Assembly (NCBI GenBank): GCA_039096225.1
Contig: JBBPEB010000029.1
Coordinates: 558,001 to 622,000, forward strand
Length of the DNA stretch: 64,000 nucleotides
Reading direction: 5' to 3'
Source of the DNA: Blastocystis sp. Blastoise
Lineage: Eukaryota > Protista > Bigyra: Opalinata
Both the position numbers and the translations under genes were made by a program. The notes beneath the pieces are model-generated. The model had not been told where the DNA came from, did no database searches, and saw only the letters and a program-made list of their open reading frames with translations. Positions 60,086 to 64,000 of the stretch are shown piece after piece (position 1 is the first letter of the stretch; each line of letters begins with the position of its first letter).

Positions 60086-62467
60086 TTATATGAAATGATA
60101 ATAAACGTGATTTTGTTGAATAAAGAGTGAGTCACGAAACATTTGTATATATTTGTCAATAATATCTTGTGATCTTTTTGTATCACGAACATCTATATAA
60201 CAGTATATAATATAAAAATATAATCATTATATATTATATATATATATAATATATTATATAATATATAATATATAGTATATAATAAATATTAAATACTAGA
60301 TATTATACATTATATATAATATAACATATTATATATGAATAAAATATATATCATATATACAACGGAATTCTTTTAATTTAGGTATTTGACCTGAAATAAT
60401 AAAATTAATTATTTGGAGTAAGTCGTCATCATCGTAAACATCTAAAATAATAAGAAAAATAAGCATATACTCTTTTATTATTAATATAATAATAATATAC
60501 ATAGACTTAAGTGTTTTAAATTTTGGATTTTATGTTCTTGAATACATTCAATCAAAGCTTTTATTTCATATTCATGAAATGTTTCTATAAAATAAATATA
60601 TATAATAAAATAGAATTATATATATATACCAAAACTACCAATACAAATAGTATCGATAGATATATTAGTTTTATGTTTGAATTGAAGAATAGAATCACAA
60701 GGGTTATAATAAAGCAATTCATCATATTTCTCAGGATCTATATATATATATATATATATTAAAACTTGGAAAATATTCTAATATACTATGTACATACATT
60801 CAAAATATAGAATTGTTGATGATAGAAAATTCTCATTCGTATTATATAAACATAAAGTATCCAAACTCCAAGAAGAAAACATATAATTATCTTTGTTCAT
60901 ATATAAAAATTACCAATAAAAACATGAATAATAATGCAATAATATATAAAAAGATAATGAAAAATAATATAAAAAGATAATAAAAAATATATATAAAAAG
61001 ATAATGAAAAATAATATAAAAAAGATAAAGAAAAATAAAATATATATATATACTTATTCTCATTTCTCTTAAACGTGGGAAATTATCAATTGTATATAAT
61101 GAAAAGAAACTAGAGTTAAGAATTCCTCCAGTATCTAAAATTATATTTAATTATAAAGTATAAGATATATAAAAAATGATTTAATTAATATTTTCATATA
61201 TATATATATATATATACTACAAAGTAAGGTAAGTGCATTATGGAAATAACCTTTATTAATTAACGATTCTATTAGAATTCCAGTGTTATTTCCTAAACAA
61301 TAATTTTTAAAAGAATTAAATAATAATACATATATATATAAAATACTAATTAATTTAAAAAAATATAATTATATAATAATTATTGAAACTAATAAAAATA
61401 TATTTACCTTCTAGTCTAATATTTAAAGCTTTAGGAATTATCTTTTCAAGGATAGTTTCAAAAAGAGAAAAATATTTAGATTCTACATCCCACTCATGTG
61501 AAGGTACTATATATATATATATATATATTTACTATTATTCTTTATTATATATATAGATACACTTTATAATTAAATCATTAATATTCTTGAAAGTATCATT
61601 TTTAAAATGAGTAGATATCCATTCTAATTCTTTTATACATATAGTATCATCAACTATAGGATTCATAATATATATATATATATATATATATAACTTTATA
61701 TACATGAAAGTCGACATTCACATAGATTTTTATTGTTACAATTTTTGAGTAACTGTTCTAATGTTAGTTTTATTTCATTTGATATATTCTGATCTTCATT
61801 ATTATTATGCTCATCTTTTTCATTATAATCATCTATTATATATATATAGTTAAATTTTTTTTAAATACTTTTAAATTGGAAGAAATAAATGTCTTTTTTT
61901 GGATTCACAATATATTCATAATAATTCAATAATGGTTCATTTACAGACTTCTTTATAGAAGAGTATTGTAAATAGTCTATGAAAAAATATAAGTTATAAA
62001 ATATAAATAGAAATAATATTAAATACTTTTATGTTGAATATTTATAGAAATTAAACCTTTCTTTATTAATTCTACTTTATGAGGGAAACAACAAATAGTA
62101 TCATCTATATAATAAACAACGAATAATTATTATAACTAATTAGTATATATTTTCTAAATAATATATAGGCAACAAAAATATATATACATATATATATATA
62201 CCGAATCCACTTATATGAATTGAATATGTAGAGACTATATCATCTAAAAATAAACAAATTTCTTTTTTTATATTCCAGTTGATTTCATGTAAATGAATAG
62301 TATCAATTATTGAGAGTAATTGTTTTGGAAACAAATATTCATAGTCATCTATATATATTATATTATATATATATATATATATATTACTTATAGAAATCGT
62401 TGCACTATAGTTGATGACATGTAATTTTGGAAAATATTCGTTATTTATTAAAGATAATGGAAATGAA

Positions 62468-62507
<40 letters not shown>

Positions 62508-64000
62508 TACTATTATAATCATTGTAAATAATTTCAGTAACATTAGGAAATACATGCGTTGTCATCATGTTTATAAATTCATTTTTATCAAATAATTCAT
62601 TCCATGCTGATACTATATATATATCAATATTATTCTTCATAATACAATTACTACTATATACTCATGTAACATTTAATTTTGTAATAGAATCAAAAACACA
62701 TTCTTCAAATGCTTTCATAATAGGTATTATCAAATATCTTGTTCTTATACAATCTATAATAAATACATACTTATTTTCTGATAAGATATATATATATTAT
62801 TTATTTACATGGAGTGAAATTTGTACTTGAAAAATGATAATATGAAGGAAAACGTAATAATTGAGATAAACCACAATTTGAATCACTTGAAACATCACTT
62901 ATATATTATTATTATAATTATAATTATTATTATTAATAATACGTAAAAATATTCTATTAATTAAATATTAATACATACGACAATATTATATCACTCGTTT
63001 TATCTATATTCAACAATAATATAGATAAACAATAATATATATATATTTTATAAAAAAGATAAATATACTATCATATTGAATAGTAACTATATCTTGTAAT
63101 TTATAATCACAAGTATTTTGACTCTTTTCAATTTGAGAATAATCATTTATGTAAATAGCTTCTTTAATACAATCATATAATTTAGGTAATATATTTTTTT
63201 GTTTTCTTTCATTATAAGAATCAAGTATTTTTTTTGAATAATCACATTTATTGATCTCTTAAATAGAGATTTCATTATATCGCTTTATTTCAGATTTCGT
63301 ATAATTATCATTCTTTTTATTGTTTTCTTTATAAGGAGAATACTGGCAGAATTGAATATATTCATTCATGTATTCATTTGTATTTGGATTCAATAATATG
63401 TCATTATTTACATATTCTGTTGTTACTATATTTATTATATATAGTTTTTAGATATATAGGTTTTACATTTATATTATATATATATATACCAATGACTTTT
63501 AATTTATTTAAAAATGGAAATAATTGTTTAATACAAGAAGGATATATATATTCTGATGGAATATTATGTGAATATTGATCTATATGTATATGTATATATA
63601 TAATAAATCAATATCTGTTATGTTGATCATTTTTAGAAGAAGCGAATAATATGATAATTTTTCTTTTCGTTGTGGCGTTATTAATCCTAAAAAAACATAT
63701 ATATATATTATATTTATTATTATTCATAAATATTATATTAAATATATATATATATAAACATAAAAAATAAACCTTCTATTGCCAGTTTTTTTTTATCTGA
63801 ATTAAATAATTCCATAGGCATAATTATAGAAACACCACTACTCTGTGATATATTATAATTATTTTCTTTTAAATAATTAAAGAATAATTCTTTAACATGA
63901 AATAATAAATCACTTTGAATTATGTTATCAATCGTAACTGAGTATTCAACAAGTGTTTCATATATATCATAGCTATCTTTTAAATTTAATGAAAAAATAT
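60086..64000 (-). CDS. Divergent leucine-rich (FPxL-repeat) protein, 5'-truncated by the window edge
   Basis: Exon chain with HVFPNVTEIIY, YFPKLHVI, NFPRLREM, IPKLKEF; resembles the 45867-50788 gene. Confidence 0.5.

Overview
This is eukaryotic, extremely AT-rich and very intron-dense protist DNA, not prokaryotic. Gene content and the divergent BTB-like/leucine-rich families suggest a Blastocystis-like stramenopile, but that is an inference. I reconstructed 14 spliced genes by hand: WNK kinase, RPS3A/eS1, a CTDSPL2-like phosphatase, PI4KA/Stt4, a tail-anchored makorin-like RING protein, AP-1 gamma adaptin, a GH89 NAGLU, a GT31 galactosyltransferase, three divergent BTB-like/leucine-rich genes, a CLK/LAMMER kinase, ALG6 and a CCDC43-like gene. 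Most short ORFs in the supplied track are exon fragments or microsatellite artefacts. The main signal is the splicing system. (1) There are five AT-AC minor-spliceosome (U12-type) introns plus one GT-AG candidate, with two each in NAGLU and ALG6. (2) Major introns typically have self-complementary GT(AT)n...(TA)nAG ends, and some are pure AT repeat. (3) Several splice sites are non-canonical and deviate exactly toward the spliced mRNA junction, which points to RNA-based polishing or cDNA conversion. A GC-rich motif, TTCCCRYG, is also over-represented.
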